The notes: generated by a model from the sequence alone, not told the origin. DNA of 64,000 nt from an uncultured Chloroflexia bacterium (GCA_963728205.1 CAVSIV010000006.1:192001-256000); one strand, 5' to 3'. Shown: positions 29,804 through 40,072, numbered from the stretch's first letter. Numbers and translations: made by a program.

Positions 29804-31576
29804 CTACGACTTCAGCCAGTAGAACGGCAGCAGCTCCGCGGCGCCGCCGTAGCCGCGCGTCTGCGCGACGTTTTGCACCGACGGCTGGTACGCCGTGAAG
29901 CTCGTGCCCGTGCCGGCCTGCACCGGCGCGTAGTACATCTTCTCGGCGTTCGCGCGCTGGATGTCGAAGAGGATCTTCGTGCGCGCCTGCTTGTCCATCT
30001 CCACCTGCTGCTTCTTGTCCAGCGCGGTGATGGCGTCGTCGTGCACGCGACCGTGGTTGTTCGGGTCGTCGCCGAAGAACCGGTTCACGTAGCTCCCGGC
30101 CTCCGAGAAGACCGTCGACGACATGAACGCGATGCCGTGGAAGTTCCCGCGGAACGTCTGCGTGATGTACTTCGACGAGTAGTCCTGCACGTCGGTCGTC
30201 GTCTTCAGGCCGACGCCCGTCAGCCAGTTGCCGATCGCCTCGCCCAGGCTGTCGAACAGCTTCCCGTAGCGGTTCGTGTACTGGTACGTGATCGTCTGCG
30301 ACGGGATGCCCACCGCGTCGAGCAGCTTCTTCGCCTCGGCGACGTCGTACTTGAAGTACTTCGCCGACGCGCCCTGGTCCGCCGACTTCGGGTCGAGCCA
30401 GAACCGCGAGCCGAAGCCGGCCGGGATGAAGTTGTTCCAGTCCGTGTTGATCGCGATGCCGGCCTTCTTCATCTCCGGCGGGTTGAAGATGAGCTGGTTC
30501 ATGCCGTCGCGGTCGACCGCCATGGAGACGCCCTGGCGGAAGCGCTCGTCGCGCCACGCGCCGTTCGGGTCCATGTCGGCGCCCGAGAAGTTCACCCAGT
30601 TGAGGATGTAGTTCAGCGGCGCGTTCCAGATGAGGTCCGGGTGCCGCGAGCGCAGGTCGAGCACGGCGTCGACCGGCGTGCTCAGCACGTGCAGGTTGCC
30701 TGCCTCGAACTGCGTCTGCTGCTGCGCCGTCTCCGGGATGTTCGACAGGGTGACGCCGTCGAGATACGGCACGCCCTTGTCGTAGTAGTCCTTGTTCGCC
30801 TTGAACGTCATCTTCGACGAAGCGACGTACTGGTCCATGATCCACGGACCCGTGCCGACCGGCTTCAGCTTGATGTCGAGCGAGTCGCCGGATTCCTTCG
30901 GCAGCACCCAGAAGATATTGGCGTCGGCGAGCGTCTCCAGGAACGTCGGCGACGGCGCGTCGAGCGCGAACGTGTAGGTCGTGTCGTCGACGGCCTCGAC
31001 CTTCGTGAAGTGCGTGACGAGGTTGGCGCTCGTCGACTTCGGGTCGGTCAGCTTCTTCCAGGACTCGAGGACGTCGTCGCTCGTGAGCGCGCGCCCGTTC
31101 AGCGGGTCGATGTTCTGGAACTTGATCCCGGGCTTGAGCTTGACGGTCCAGTGCTGGCCGTCGCTGCTCTCGGCGCTCTGCGCGAGGTCGCCGACCGGGT
31201 CCTGGTCGAACGGGTTCTTCCCCGGCTGCGCGTTGATGCGGTACATCCGGCTGTAGACGTAGGCGGCGAAGCCCTTCGTCGAGTAGCTGGTGTTGCCGTT
31301 CGGGTCGAGCGTCGGCGGGTCGCCGGTGACGTAGGCGTTGTAGGTGCCGCCGCGCTTGACGGTCTCAGCGGAGCCCGTGGGCGCCGCGGTGGCCGTCTTC
31401 AGGCCGCCGCCGCCGCCGCCCGCGGGCGTGGTCGCGGTCGCGCTGCCGTTGCTCGAGCCGCAGCCGATCAGGGCGGCACCGAGCAGCCCCGCGCCGGCGA
31501 CGCCTCCCCCCCGGACGAGGGCGCGGCGTGAGACCCGACGCCCGGTCATCCTGGACCAGTAGCTGTCATCGGACAT
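29804..31576 (-). CDS. ABC transporter substrate-binding protein, family 5 (Tat lipoprotein)
   Basis: SRRALV twin-arginine plus ALIGC lipobox; PVGTGPW; DERFRQGVSMAVDR. Confidence 0.92.
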   Translation of the reverse strand: MSDDSYWSRMTGRRVSRRALVRGGGVAGAGLLGAALIGCGSSNGSATATTPAGGGGGGLKTATAAPTGSAETVKRGGTYNAYVTGDPPTLDPNGNTSYSTKGFAAYVYSRMYRINAQPGKNPFDQDPVGDLAQSAESSDGQHWTVKLKPGIKFQNIDPLNGRALTSDDVLESWKKLTDPKSTSANLVTHFTKVEAVDDTTYTFALDAPSPTFLETLADANIFWVLPKESGDSLDIKLKPVGTGPWIMDQYVASSKMTFKANKDYYDKGVPYLDGVTLSNIPETAQQQTQFEAGNLHVLSTPVDAVLDLRSRHPDLIWNAPLNYILNWVNFSGADMDPNGAWRDERFRQGVSMAVDRDGMNQLIFNPPEMKKAGIAINTDWNNFIPAGFGSRFWLDPKSADQGASAKYFKYDVAEAKKLLDAVGIPSQTITYQYTNRYGKLFDSLGEAIGNWLTGVGLKTTTDVQDYSSKYITQTFRGNFHGIAFMSSTVFSEAGSYVNRFFGDDPNNHGRVHDDAITALDKKQQVEMDKQARTKILFDIQRANAEKMYYAPVQAGTGTSFTAYQPSVQNVAQTRGYGGAAELLPFYWLKS

Positions 31577-31873
31577 GTGTGGAAGTCCCCTCTGCGTTCG
31601 CTGCCCCGCCAGGGCGACCGGGTACCGGAACCCCGGGGCGAACTGATCGTCCCGGCATGTTCGGAGCCTGTGATGACCCTGGAGATGCAGCCCGACCCCT
31701 CAGGTTGCTGACCGCGAATGTATGCGCCAAATACCACGTCCGTCGATACGTGAATGTAATTTCATGTACGCGCTCGTGATGTCCCAACACCGGCGGCGCG
31801 CTCGGCGCGGGATGCCGCGGCGTCCGCAGCGCCGCCGCGGCGCATGCTAGTGTCCGCGCGGCAGGAGGCGGCC

Positions 31874-32710
31874 GTGGAGTACCAGGACATCCGCTACGCG
31901 GTCGACGACCGCCACGTCGCGACCATCACCCTCGACCGGCCCCGCTACCGCAACGCGCAGAGCCGGCGCCTGCGCGAGGAGATGGACGACGCCTTCGACC
32001 GCGCGGCGGAGGACACGCACGTGCGCGTCGTCGTGCTGGCCGGCGTCGGCGATCACTTCTCGGCGGGGCACGACATCGGCACGCCGGAGCACCGCGCGGA
32101 TCTCGAGGCGCGTCCCTACGAGGCGGGTGTGCGCGGCGCGTACAAGCGCACGTGGGACCTCAACGTCGAGAACACGCTCCGCTGGCGCAATCACCCCAAG
32201 CCGACGATCGCCGCCGTGCAGGGCTACTGCATCTTTGGCGGCTGGATCATCGCCTCCGGCATGGACCTCATCGTCGCGGCCGACGACGCGAAGTTCCTGC
32301 CGGCGATGCTGCAGTACTTCTCGATGCCGTGGGACCTCGGCGCGCGGCGCGCGAAGGAGATCCTGTTCGAGAGCCGATTCCTCACCGCCGACGAGGCGCG
32401 CGACGCCGGGCTCGTGAACCGCGTGGTGCCGCGCGCGCGGTTGATGGAAGAGGTGATGGCGTACGCACACCGGGTCGCGGAGAACGACCCGTTCCAGCTG
32501 CGCATGATCAAGCTCGCGGTGAACCAGGCGCAGGACGCGCGGGGGTTCACGACCGCGATCCGCGGCGCGTTCCAGAACTACCTGCTGGCGAGCCTGGCCG
32601 AGCGCGACCCGGCGGCCGTGCGGGTCGACACCGGTGGGCGGCGCCGCCTGCCGGGGGTCGAGCGCGCGTTCCAGCACCTGGCGGACGCGCCGCCGCCCGC
32701 CGACGGCTGA
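31874..32710 (+). CDS. Enoyl-CoA hydratase/isomerase
   Basis: ITLDRPRYRNAQ, FSAGHDIG, KPTIAAVQG. Confidence 0.92.
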   Translation: MEYQDIRYAVDDRHVATITLDRPRYRNAQSRRLREEMDDAFDRAAEDTHVRVVVLAGVGDHFSAGHDIGTPEHRADLEARPYEAGVRGAYKRTWDLNVENTLRWRNHPKPTIAAVQGYCIFGGWIIASGMDLIVAADDAKFLPAMLQYFSMPWDLGARRAKEILFESRFLTADEARDAGLVNRVVPRARLMEEVMAYAHRVAENDPFQLRMIKLAVNQAQDARGFTTAIRGAFQNYLLASLAERDPAAVRVDTGGRRRLPGVERAFQHLADAPPPADG

Positions 32711-32797
32711 TCGCGCGCCCCCCGCACGGCCGGCGAGCCCGCGCCCTCGGCTGGCGCGGGCTCGCATCATGGAAGAGACGCGAAAGGAGGCACGCCG

Positions 32798-34381
32798 ATG
32801 ACCGTGGACGCCGAGCCCCTGCCCCGCTTCACCCTCCCCGACCTCGATGGCCAGCCCTGGAGCTTCCCGGGCGACCGCCACGCGCTGCTCTGCTTCGTGA
32901 AGGAGGACTGCCCGACCTGCGGCATGTCGATGCCGCTGATCGAGACCGCCGCCGAGGCGTTCGGCGACGCGATCGACGTGCGCGTCGTCGGCCAGGAGCG
33001 CGACGGCAACGCCCTGCTCGTCGAGCGCCACGGCCTCCGCGCGCCGATGCTCGACGACACGGACCTGCACGCCTCGTTCGCGTACGACATCGAGACGGTG
33101 CCCACGATCATCCTCGCCGACCCCGACGGCTTCGAGGTGCGCCGCTTCGTCGGCTTCGGGCGCGACGACTGGGAGCACCTGTTCGAGGACCTCGGCGAGC
33201 TCTCGGGACTCGCGCCGCCCGACGTCGATTGGCGCGAGTACCCGCAGTCGCGCCCCGGCTGCGGGTCGCGGTCGGTGGAGCCCGGCATCTACGAGCGGCT
33301 GCTCGCGGAGTCCGAGGGCAGCCCGCTGCGCGCGCGGCGCATCGAGATTGCCGCGCACGACGACGTGATGGAGTTCCTCTTCGACCAGGGACTTACCGAC
33401 GGCCTCCCGGTCGTGCCGCCCACGCCGGAGCGCGTCCTGCGCATGCTCAGCGGCACGCGGCGCGACGCGCAGGAAGTGGTGGCGACGGTGCCGCCGAACC
33501 TCGCGCCGGCGACGGTGGAGAAGATCGCGATCAACGCGGTGATGGCGGGCTGCCGGCCGGAGTACCTGCCGGTGGTGATCGCCGCCGTCGAGGCGATGTG
33601 CACCGACGAGTTCAACATCCACGGCGTGAGCGCGACGACGATGGGCGCGACGCCGGTGATCATCGTGAACGGCCCGATCCGCGAGCGCATCGGGCTGAAC
33701 ATGCGGCTCGGCGCGCTCGGCGCGGGGCACCGCGCGAACGCGAGCATCGGGCGCGCCGTGCGGCTCGTGCTGCGCAACGTCGGCGGGGGGCGGCCCGGCG
33801 GGACCGAGCGCTCCACGCAGGGCAACTCGATGAAGTACACGGCGTGCTTCGCCGAGTGGGAGGAGCGCAGCCCGTGGGCGCCGCTCCACGTGGAGCGCGG
33901 CTTCGCGCCGACCGACTCGGTGGTGACGGTGTTCGCGGCCACGGGGCAGAGCCTGCTCGTCGACCAGACGTCGCGCACGGCGAAGCAGCTCGGCGGGTCG
34001 TTCGGGCTGCGGCTCGAGGGCTCGCACCACCCGCGCGCGCACGGCGCGGGCGACGTCTTCGTGGTGGTCTGCCCGGAGCACGTCGACACGCTGTGGCGCG
34101 ACGGCATGTCGAAGGACGCGCTCCGCGCGCGCATCCAGGAGGTGACCGCACGGCCGGCGCGGGAGCTGCTCGCGAACGACGAGGTCGGCGCCGGCATCCC
34201 GCCGGGCCGCGTGCCGGAAGCCGAGCTCGACCGACCGATCCCGAAGTTTCGCTCGCCCGATAACATCCACATCGTCGTGGCCGGGTCGGAGGCGGGGAAA
34301 TTCTCCTCGATCCTCGACGGCTGGGCGAGCGGGTCGGTCGGGTCGATCCCGACGAGCCGCAAGATCGAGGAGGTCCCATGA
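32798..34381 (+). CDS. Redoxin (CxxC) domain fused to the DGLPVVPPT-type domain that accompanies UGSC proteins
   Basis: FTLPDLDG, KEDCPTC, ETVPT (thioredoxin fold); TDGLPVVPPTPERV, INAVMAGC, RANASIGRA; overlaps the next gene (ATGA). Confidence 0.8.
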   Translation: MTVDAEPLPRFTLPDLDGQPWSFPGDRHALLCFVKEDCPTCGMSMPLIETAAEAFGDAIDVRVVGQERDGNALLVERHGLRAPMLDDTDLHASFAYDIETVPTIILADPDGFEVRRFVGFGRDDWEHLFEDLGELSGLAPPDVDWREYPQSRPGCGSRSVEPGIYERLLAESEGSPLRARRIEIAAHDDVMEFLFDQGLTDGLPVVPPTPERVLRMLSGTRRDAQEVVATVPPNLAPATVEKIAINAVMAGCRPEYLPVVIAAVEAMCTDEFNIHGVSATTMGATPVIIVNGPIRERIGLNMRLGALGAGHRANASIGRAVRLVLRNVGGGRPGGTERSTQGNSMKYTACFAEWEERSPWAPLHVERGFAPTDSVVTVFAATGQSLLVDQTSRTAKQLGGSFGLRLEGSHHPRAHGAGDVFVVVCPEHVDTLWRDGMSKDALRARIQEVTARPARELLANDEVGAGIPPGRVPEAELDRPIPKFRSPDNIHIVVAGSEAGKFSSILDGWASGSVGSIPTSRKIEEVP

Positions 34382-34926
34382 CCAGCGCAGGCACGGATTC
34401 GCGGACGTCCACGGTGATCCTGGACCCGACCGACGAGCGGGAGCCGGTGCGCCGGCAGCTCGCGGCGCGGCCCGAGCACGTGAGCGGGACGGTCGGGCTG
34501 CTCGACATCTCGAAGCCGCGCGGGAGCGTGCTGCTCGACCGCGTGGAGGAGCTACTGCGCGAACGCGCCCCGGGCGTGACGGTGAAGCGCTACCGCAAGC
34601 CGACCTTCGCGAAGCCGGCGCCGGAGGACCTGCGCCGGCAGATCGCGCAGGAGTGCACGCTGGTGATCGAGGCGCTCGCCGACTGAGGGTCCTGCACGAC
34701 GTGCAGTGTGCACGACGCCGTCTGGTTCGAGATTCAGCACATCCCCGCGGTGTTCATCGCGTCGAGCGAGTTCGTGGAGGCCGCGGAGGCGCAGGCCGGC
34801 GCGCTCGGGTTGCCCGAGGTGCGTCGCGTGTTCGTCCCGCACCCGATCCAGGACGCGACCGACGAGGAGATGCGCGCCAAGGCGGACGCCGTGATCGACG
34901 CCGCGCTGGCCGCGCTGGTGGACTGA
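34378..34926 (+). CDS. UGSC-family selenoprotein (182 aa, Sec encoded by TGA 34684-34686)
   Basis: ORFs 34378-34686 and 34708-34926 are in the same frame; read-through gives ...IEALAD-U-GSCTTCSVHD..., the UGSC motif. Confidence 0.88.
34687..34719 (+). promoter_or_regulatory. Candidate bacterial SECIS hairpin
   Basis: Stem CGTGCA (34700-34705)/TGCACG (34709-34714) with a G-containing GTG loop ~20 nt after UGA; folded by eye only. Confidence 0.5.
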
Positions 34927-34944
34927 CGGCTCGCGTCGCCGCCT

Positions 34945-35037
34945 GCGCCCGCTTCGAGCGGCGCCTGGCCAAGGCGCTGAGCCGCTTCGTCCGCGAGCGC
35001 CCGCTTCGAGCGGCGCCTGGCCAAGGCGCTGAGCCGC
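34945..35037 (+). repeat. REP family A, two identical 41-bp direct copies
   Basis: GCGCCCGCTTCGAGCGGCGCCTGGCCAAGGCGCTGAGCCGC at 34945-34985 and 34997-35037. Confidence 0.92.
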
Positions 35038-35133
35038 GTACGTGCAGAGCCGCAAGAGGCGTTCGCAGCCGCTTCGCCCCGTAATCCGACCGGCCGATGC
35101 GCCGCTCGGCCGAGCGCCCGCTACGGTGCGGCG

Positions 35134-35696
35134 GTGGAACGCGCCTTCTGGCTGCTCACGTGGACGACGTACGGGACCCGCCCGGCGACCGCCGCGGGTT
35201 CGTGCGCACCGTGCGCGACGGCCCGGGCTCGCGGCGCCGCCACAACACCCCGCTGACTCCGATGGACCGCGACATTCCCGCACTCGACCGCTCCGCTCGG
35301 CGACTGTTGCGAGACGATCCGGTCCGGCTGTCCGCCGAGCACGCTCGGATCGTCGGTGCCGAGTTCGAGACGACCGCGCATGTCCAGGGGTGGTCGCTGC
35401 TCATCTACGCGATCATGTGGAACCACGTTCATCTCGTCGTCGGGTTGCCGAACCCGGGCGACTCGGCGGCCGCCGCAGATGCACTGCGGCGATTCAAGGC
35501 ATACGCGAGCAAGAGGATGAACGCCCGGTTTGGTCGTCGCGAGCGGTGGTGGACGCAGTCGGGTTCCAGGCGACTGCTTCCGGGCGAGCCAGCCGTGGTG
35601 GCGGCGGTGCGGTAGATGGCCGATCAACCGCAGTGCCTGGCGGTCCGCGTCGATCCGGAGTGGCGGGGAGTCGCGCAACTCGATCGTGAAGCGTGA
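35134..35696 (+). pseudogene. REP-associated tyrosine transposase (RAYT / IS200-like Y1 HUH), inactivated
   Basis: FWLLTWTTYGT-(frameshift)-PGDRRG, HUH motif AIMWNHVHLVV, FKAYASK, WWTQSGSRR, AAVR*MADQ (TAG at the expected catalytic Tyr). Confidence 0.82.
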
Positions 35697-35726
35697 CGCG
35701 CGCGGGCGACGGGCGTTCGCGGACGG

Positions 35727-35761
35727 GCGGCTCAGCGCCTTGACCAGGCGCCGCTCGAAGC
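35727..35761 (-). repeat. REP family A, inverted copy downstream of RAYT
   Basis: Reverse complement GCTTCGAGCGGCGCCTGGTCAAGGCGCTGAGCCGC, one mismatch to the upstream copies. Confidence 0.9.
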
Positions 35762-35833
35762 ACGTCGCTCGAAGCACGCCGCTCGAGGCGCGACGCCGTC
35801 CCTTAGACTCGCGCCCGCGGGAGAGGGACGGAC

Positions 35834-36602
35834 ATGCTCGGCAGCGCGCTCTTCGACCTCGGCGGCACGGCCGCCCTCGTGACCGGGGGGAACGGCGGGG
35901 ATCGGGCGTGGGATCGCGCTCGGCCTCGCGGCGGCGGGCGCGGACATCGTGATCGCGGGGCGCAACGAGGAGAAGACGCGCCGCGTCGTGGCCGAGGTCG
36001 AGGCGCTCGGGCGGCGGGCGGTCGGCGTGCGCTGCGACGTTCTGCAGCGTGGGGACCTCGATGCCGCGGTCGCGGCGGCACGCGAGACGTTCGGACGCCT
36101 CGACGTCCTCGTGAACAACGCGGGCGTCGCGGGCGGCGGGCGGCCCGAGGCGATCCCGGAGGACACGTGGGACCGCGTCGTCGACACCAACCTGCGGTCG
36201 GTGTTCGTCGCGTCGCAGCTCGCGCACCCGCTGCTCAAGGCGGGCGGCCGCGGCAAGGTGATCAACATCGGCTCCGAGTACTCGCTGTTCGGCAGCCCGA
36301 ACGTGCTCCCCTACTCCGCGAGCAAGGGCGGCATCATCCAGCTCACGAAATCGCTGGCGACGGCCTGGGCGCGCGACGGCATCCAGGTGAACGCGATCAT
36401 CCCGGGCTGGATCACGACCGACATGACGGCCGGCGTGAAAACGAACCCCGAGTTCCACGACCGCATCGTCGGACGCACGCCCGCGGGTCGGTTCGGCGAG
36501 CCGGAGGAGCTGGCGGGGACGGCGGTGTTCCTCGCATCCCACGCGTCGGATTTCGTCACGGGGCAGTCGATCCCGGTGGACGGCGGGTACTCGGTCGCCT
36601 GA
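35834..36602 (+). CDS. SDR oxidoreductase (KduD/gluconate dehydrogenase-like), one frameshift near 35900
   Basis: LFDLGGTAALVTGGNGG then a shift; NNAG, YSASKGG, PVDGGY. Confidence 0.85.
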
Positions 36603-36850
36603 GTCGCGGACGCGCGCGCGTTGTGGGCGATCTTTCGACATCCCTGTGGACAAAGTCGGCTGCGCCCCCGGCGGCGTCCGTATCGTCGCGGGGTCAGGCG
36701 GGGGCGCCCTGAGAACCGAGTCTGCTGACAGGTTCGAGGGGCGGGCAGAGCTTCTCCTGGCAGGAGCCGCTCTCCGCTTCGGCTGAGGGCGGCTCTTTCG
36801 CGTGCGCGCCCTCCGATTCCGCGCACGATCGGCGCCGGCCCGCGCACCCG

Positions 36851-37675
36851 CTAGTCGACGTCGAAGTCCCAGCGATAGATGCGCTTCGCGTTCTCCGCGT
36901 AGAACCGCGGCGCCACCTCGTCGCGCAGCGGCAGCGCGTCCAGCTCGTCGCGCGCGCGGTCCCAGGGGATCGTGGGGAACTCCGTGCCGAACATCATCTT
37001 GTCGCGGCCGCGCGTGTTGATGAACTGCAGCAGCGACTCCGGCCAGTACTTCGGCGCCACCGACGTGCACGACATGAAGACGTGGTCCCAGTGCGCGATG
37101 GTCGACGTCGCGACCTCGGTCCAGGGCTGCGCGCAGTGCGTCATGATCAGGTGCAGCTCGGGGAAGTGGTACGCGACCTCGTCGAAGTAGCGCGGGTCCT
37201 GCACCCAGCCCGGCCGGCGCGGCCCCGGCATCCCGGCGTTCATGCTCACGGCGATGCCCAGCTCGATCGCCTTCACGTAGAACGGCCAGTAGACGCGATC
37301 GGTCGGCGGCAGCGTGTAGCGGAACGGCGGGATGCGCAGGCAGCGCACGTTGTAGCGCTCGTGGTAGTCGACGACGCGCCGCACCTCGTCCATCCCGCGC
37401 GTGGGGTCGACGATCATCGCCGGCAGCACTTTCTTTGGGAACCGACGATGCGCGGCGCCGACCCACTCGGCGTGTTCGGGCTCCATGATCGAGATCACGC
37501 ACGCGCCGATGCCATAGCCGTCGAGGGTCCGCAGCAGCGCCTCGGGGTCGTCGAAGGTCGGCCGGCTCTCGATGTCGGTGAAGAGGTGGCCGAGCGTGCC
37601 GGAGCCGCTCTCGCCCTTGAGGTTGAGGAAGCTCGAGTTGATCAGCGAGTCGACCGCGCGGATGCGCTCTGCCAT
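36851..37675 (-). CDS. Amidohydrolase 2 family protein
   Basis: YWPFYVKAIELG, FPELHLIMTH, KMMFGTEFP, ENAKRIY. Confidence 0.88.
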   Translation of the reverse strand: MAERIRAVDSLINSSFLNLKGESGSGTLGHLFTDIESRPTFDDPEALLRTLDGYGIGACVISIMEPEHAEWVGAAHRRFPKKVLPAMIVDPTRGMDEVRRVVDYHERYNVRCLRIPPFRYTLPPTDRVYWPFYVKAIELGIAVSMNAGMPGPRRPGWVQDPRYFDEVAYHFPELHLIMTHCAQPWTEVATSTIAHWDHVFMSCTSVAPKYWPESLLQFINTRGRDKMMFGTEFPTIPWDRARDELDALPLRDEVAPRFYAENAKRIYRWDFDVD

Positions 37676-37677
37676 GC

Positions 37678-38730
37678 CTACGTCCTCTCCGCCTGCCCGG
37701 CCGACTCCCCCGCCGGCGCGAGCGCATCCTGCGCCTGCGCGAGCGCCGCGCGCCACGCCTCGAGGATGCGGTCCTCGCGCGCGTAGTCGAAGACGCCCGT
37801 CGCGCCGGGCGTGACCTCGCCCTCCGCGGGCGGGTTCGCGGCGAGCCAGCGCGCGGTGACGCGCGTCGCTTCCGCGACGTCGACGACGTCGCGATAGCCG
37901 AGCAGCGCCCGCGCCTTCGACATGTCGAGCACCATGCTCGACTTCTCGGCGAGCGGGTAGACGCCGCGGCAGAGATCGGCCGGCACGCCCACGAGCTCGA
38001 GCTCGGCGTCGAGCTCGTCGACGATGATCTCGGCGACGTGCCGCGCGCTGAGCACGCGCTCGTCGCCGCAGTTGAAGGCCTCACCCGCGGCCTCCGGGCG
38101 GGTGGCGGCGAGGTAGACGAGGCGGGCGGCGTTGTCGACGTAGCCGCGCTGGAAGTAGGCCATGCCGTCGTGCGGCAGCAGCATGAAGCGACGGCCGTCG
38201 AGGATGCGCTTCACCACCGCCCACTCGTGGGCGAGCGGCGCGCGCGGGCCGAAGATGCCGGGGTAGCGAACGATCACCGCCTCGAAGTCGCCGTGGCCGT
38301 GCTGCGCGAAGAGCTGGTCCTCGCCCTCCGCGACGCGACCGGTGTAGTTCGACGCGTCGCGCTGGCGCGGCGCGAACTCGGGCACGGGCAGCGGGATGCG
38401 GCCGGTCGGCGTGCGCTGGTTCGACCCATGGTAGACGGGCTGGCCGGTGATGCCGACGAGCCGCCGGGTCTTGCCGACGAGCGTGTCGGCGAGCGCGCGC
38501 AGCCGGCCGGAGGTGCACACCGCGACGTCCCACTCGCGCGCGCCGAGCGTGCGGGCGATGTCGTCGGGGTCGCGCGGGTCGCCATGCAGGTGCTCGACGG
38601 GCCCGGCGAAGTCGGCCTCGTGGCGGCCGGTGTGATAGATGGCGACGGCGTCGCCGGCGGCGAGGAAGGCGTTCACGAGCGGGACGCCGGTGGGGCCGGT
38701 GCCGCCGACGACGAGGACGGTGCGTGGCAT
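37678..38730 (-). CDS. NAD-dependent epimerase/dehydratase family
   Basis: VLVVGGTGPTG, IVRYPGIFGP, GEAFNCGD. Confidence 0.85.
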   Translation of the reverse strand: MPRTVLVVGGTGPTGVPLVNAFLAAGDAVAIYHTGRHEADFAGPVEHLHGDPRDPDDIARTLGAREWDVAVCTSGRLRALADTLVGKTRRLVGITGQPVYHGSNQRTPTGRIPLPVPEFAPRQRDASNYTGRVAEGEDQLFAQHGHGDFEAVIVRYPGIFGPRAPLAHEWAVVKRILDGRRFMLLPHDGMAYFQRGYVDNAARLVYLAATRPEAAGEAFNCGDERVLSARHVAEIIVDELDAELELVGVPADLCRGVYPLAEKSSMVLDMSKARALLGYRDVVDVAEATRVTARWLAANPPAEGEVTPGATGVFDYAREDRILEAWRAALAQAQDALAPAGESAGQAERT

Positions 38731-38785
38731 CAGGAACGGCTCCTCCGGTGCGGGCGACCGTGCACGCGCGGGCTCCTCAGCCCGC

Positions 38786-40057
38786 TCACGCGGGGCCGTT
38801 CGCCGTCGGATCGACGACGGCGCCTTCGGCGGCGAGGCGGTCGATCGCGGGGTCGGCGAGGCCGGCTTCGCGCAGCACTTCGCGCGTGTGCCTGCCCAGG
38901 ACCGGCGACGCGGCGCCGGCGGCCAGCGGCGTGTCGCTGAACTTCACGGGCGGCGCGACCACGGTCACGCCGCCGAGCAGCTCGTGCTCGAGCCGGACGA
39001 GGAAGTCGTTCGCCCACGCCTGCTCGTCGTCGAGCACCTGCTGCGGCGCCTGGTACGCCGCGACGGGCACGCCGTTCGCGCCGAACGCGGCAAGCCAGTA
39101 GGCCGTCGGGTGCTCGGCGAGGCGCGCACACACGCGCTCGTACGCGCGGTCGAGGTGGCCGGCCGCGTCCTCGGTCTCGAAGTCGGGGTCGGTCACCCAC
39201 GGGTCCTCGAGCTGCAACACCTCGAGGATGCGCCGCTGCACGACCCGCCCGCCGCCGGCGAGCGCGATCGTGCCGTCTTGCGTGGGCAGAAAGCCGTAGT
39301 ACGCGCGCGCCAGGCGCACGGGCATCATCGCGTCGCGCCGTTCGATCACGTCGGCCCACGTGTGGCCCTCGGCGAACGCGGTCTTCAGGTACTCGACGAA
39401 GTCGTGCCGCCAGCCGTCGACGGCGTCGACGTGGTTGACCGTGTTGTTCTGCAGCACGAGCGCGGCCTGCAGCAGCGCGACGTCGAGCTTCTGGCCGCGG
39501 CCGGATCGCTCGCGGTGGTAGAGCGCGGTCGAGATGCCCCACGCCATGAGCAGCCCGGCGGCGTAGTCGATGATCGGGTTCGCGAGCATCTCCGGCCCGC
39601 GCGGACCGAGGTGCGCGATGCCGGAATACGCCTGCAGCGCGACGTCCATGCCGGGCGCGTCGGCGCGCGGGCCGCGGCGCCCGTACCCGGTGTTCTCCGC
39701 GTAGATCACGCGCGGGTTGCGTGCGGCGACCGACGCATGATCGAGCCCCATGCGCTCCGCGATGCCCGGCCTGAAGTTCGCGATCACGACATCAGCGCGG
39801 TCGACGAGCCGGCGCACCGCCTCCACCACCTCGGGCCGACCGAGGTCGACGGCGAGGGAGCGCTTGCCGCGGTTCTTGTTGAGGTACTGGCGGCCCTCTC
39901 CGGGGATGACCTGGCCGTTGCGGCGCGTGTCGTCGCCGTCGAGCGGCTCGACCTTGATCACGTCGGCGCCGCCGTCGGCGAGCAGCTGCGCGCAGTAGGG
40001 CGCGGCGATGAAGCGCCCGAACTCCACGACGCGCAGCCCGGCGAACGGCCCCGTCAT
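38786..40057 (-). CDS. CaiB/BaiF CoA-transferase
   Basis: LADGGADVIKVEP, NRGKRSL, DVVIANFRPG. Confidence 0.93.
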   Translation of the reverse strand: MTGPFAGLRVVEFGRFIAAPYCAQLLADGGADVIKVEPLDGDDTRRNGQVIPGEGRQYLNKNRGKRSLAVDLGRPEVVEAVRRLVDRADVVIANFRPGIAERMGLDHASVAARNPRVIYAENTGYGRRGPRADAPGMDVALQAYSGIAHLGPRGPEMLANPIIDYAAGLLMAWGISTALYHRERSGRGQKLDVALLQAALVLQNNTVNHVDAVDGWRHDFVEYLKTAFAEGHTWADVIERRDAMMPVRLARAYYGFLPTQDGTIALAGGGRVVQRRILEVLQLEDPWVTDPDFETEDAAGHLDRAYERVCARLAEHPTAYWLAAFGANGVPVAAYQAPQQVLDDEQAWANDFLVRLEHELLGGVTVVAPPVKFSDTPLAAGAASPVLGRHTREVLREAGLADPAIDRLAAEGAVVDPTANGPA

Positions 40058-40072
40058 GCCGCGCGTCCCGCG

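Noticed and set aside
34708-34926. Separate 72-aa gene MHDAVWFEIQH...
   Set aside because: It is in frame with the upstream ORF across a single TGA, so it is better explained as the C-terminus of the UGSC selenoprotein.
34945-35037. Possible CRISPR array
   Set aside because: Only two 41-bp copies with an 11-bp spacer, inverted and dispersed copies elsewhere, an adjacent RAYT and no cas genes; these are REPs.
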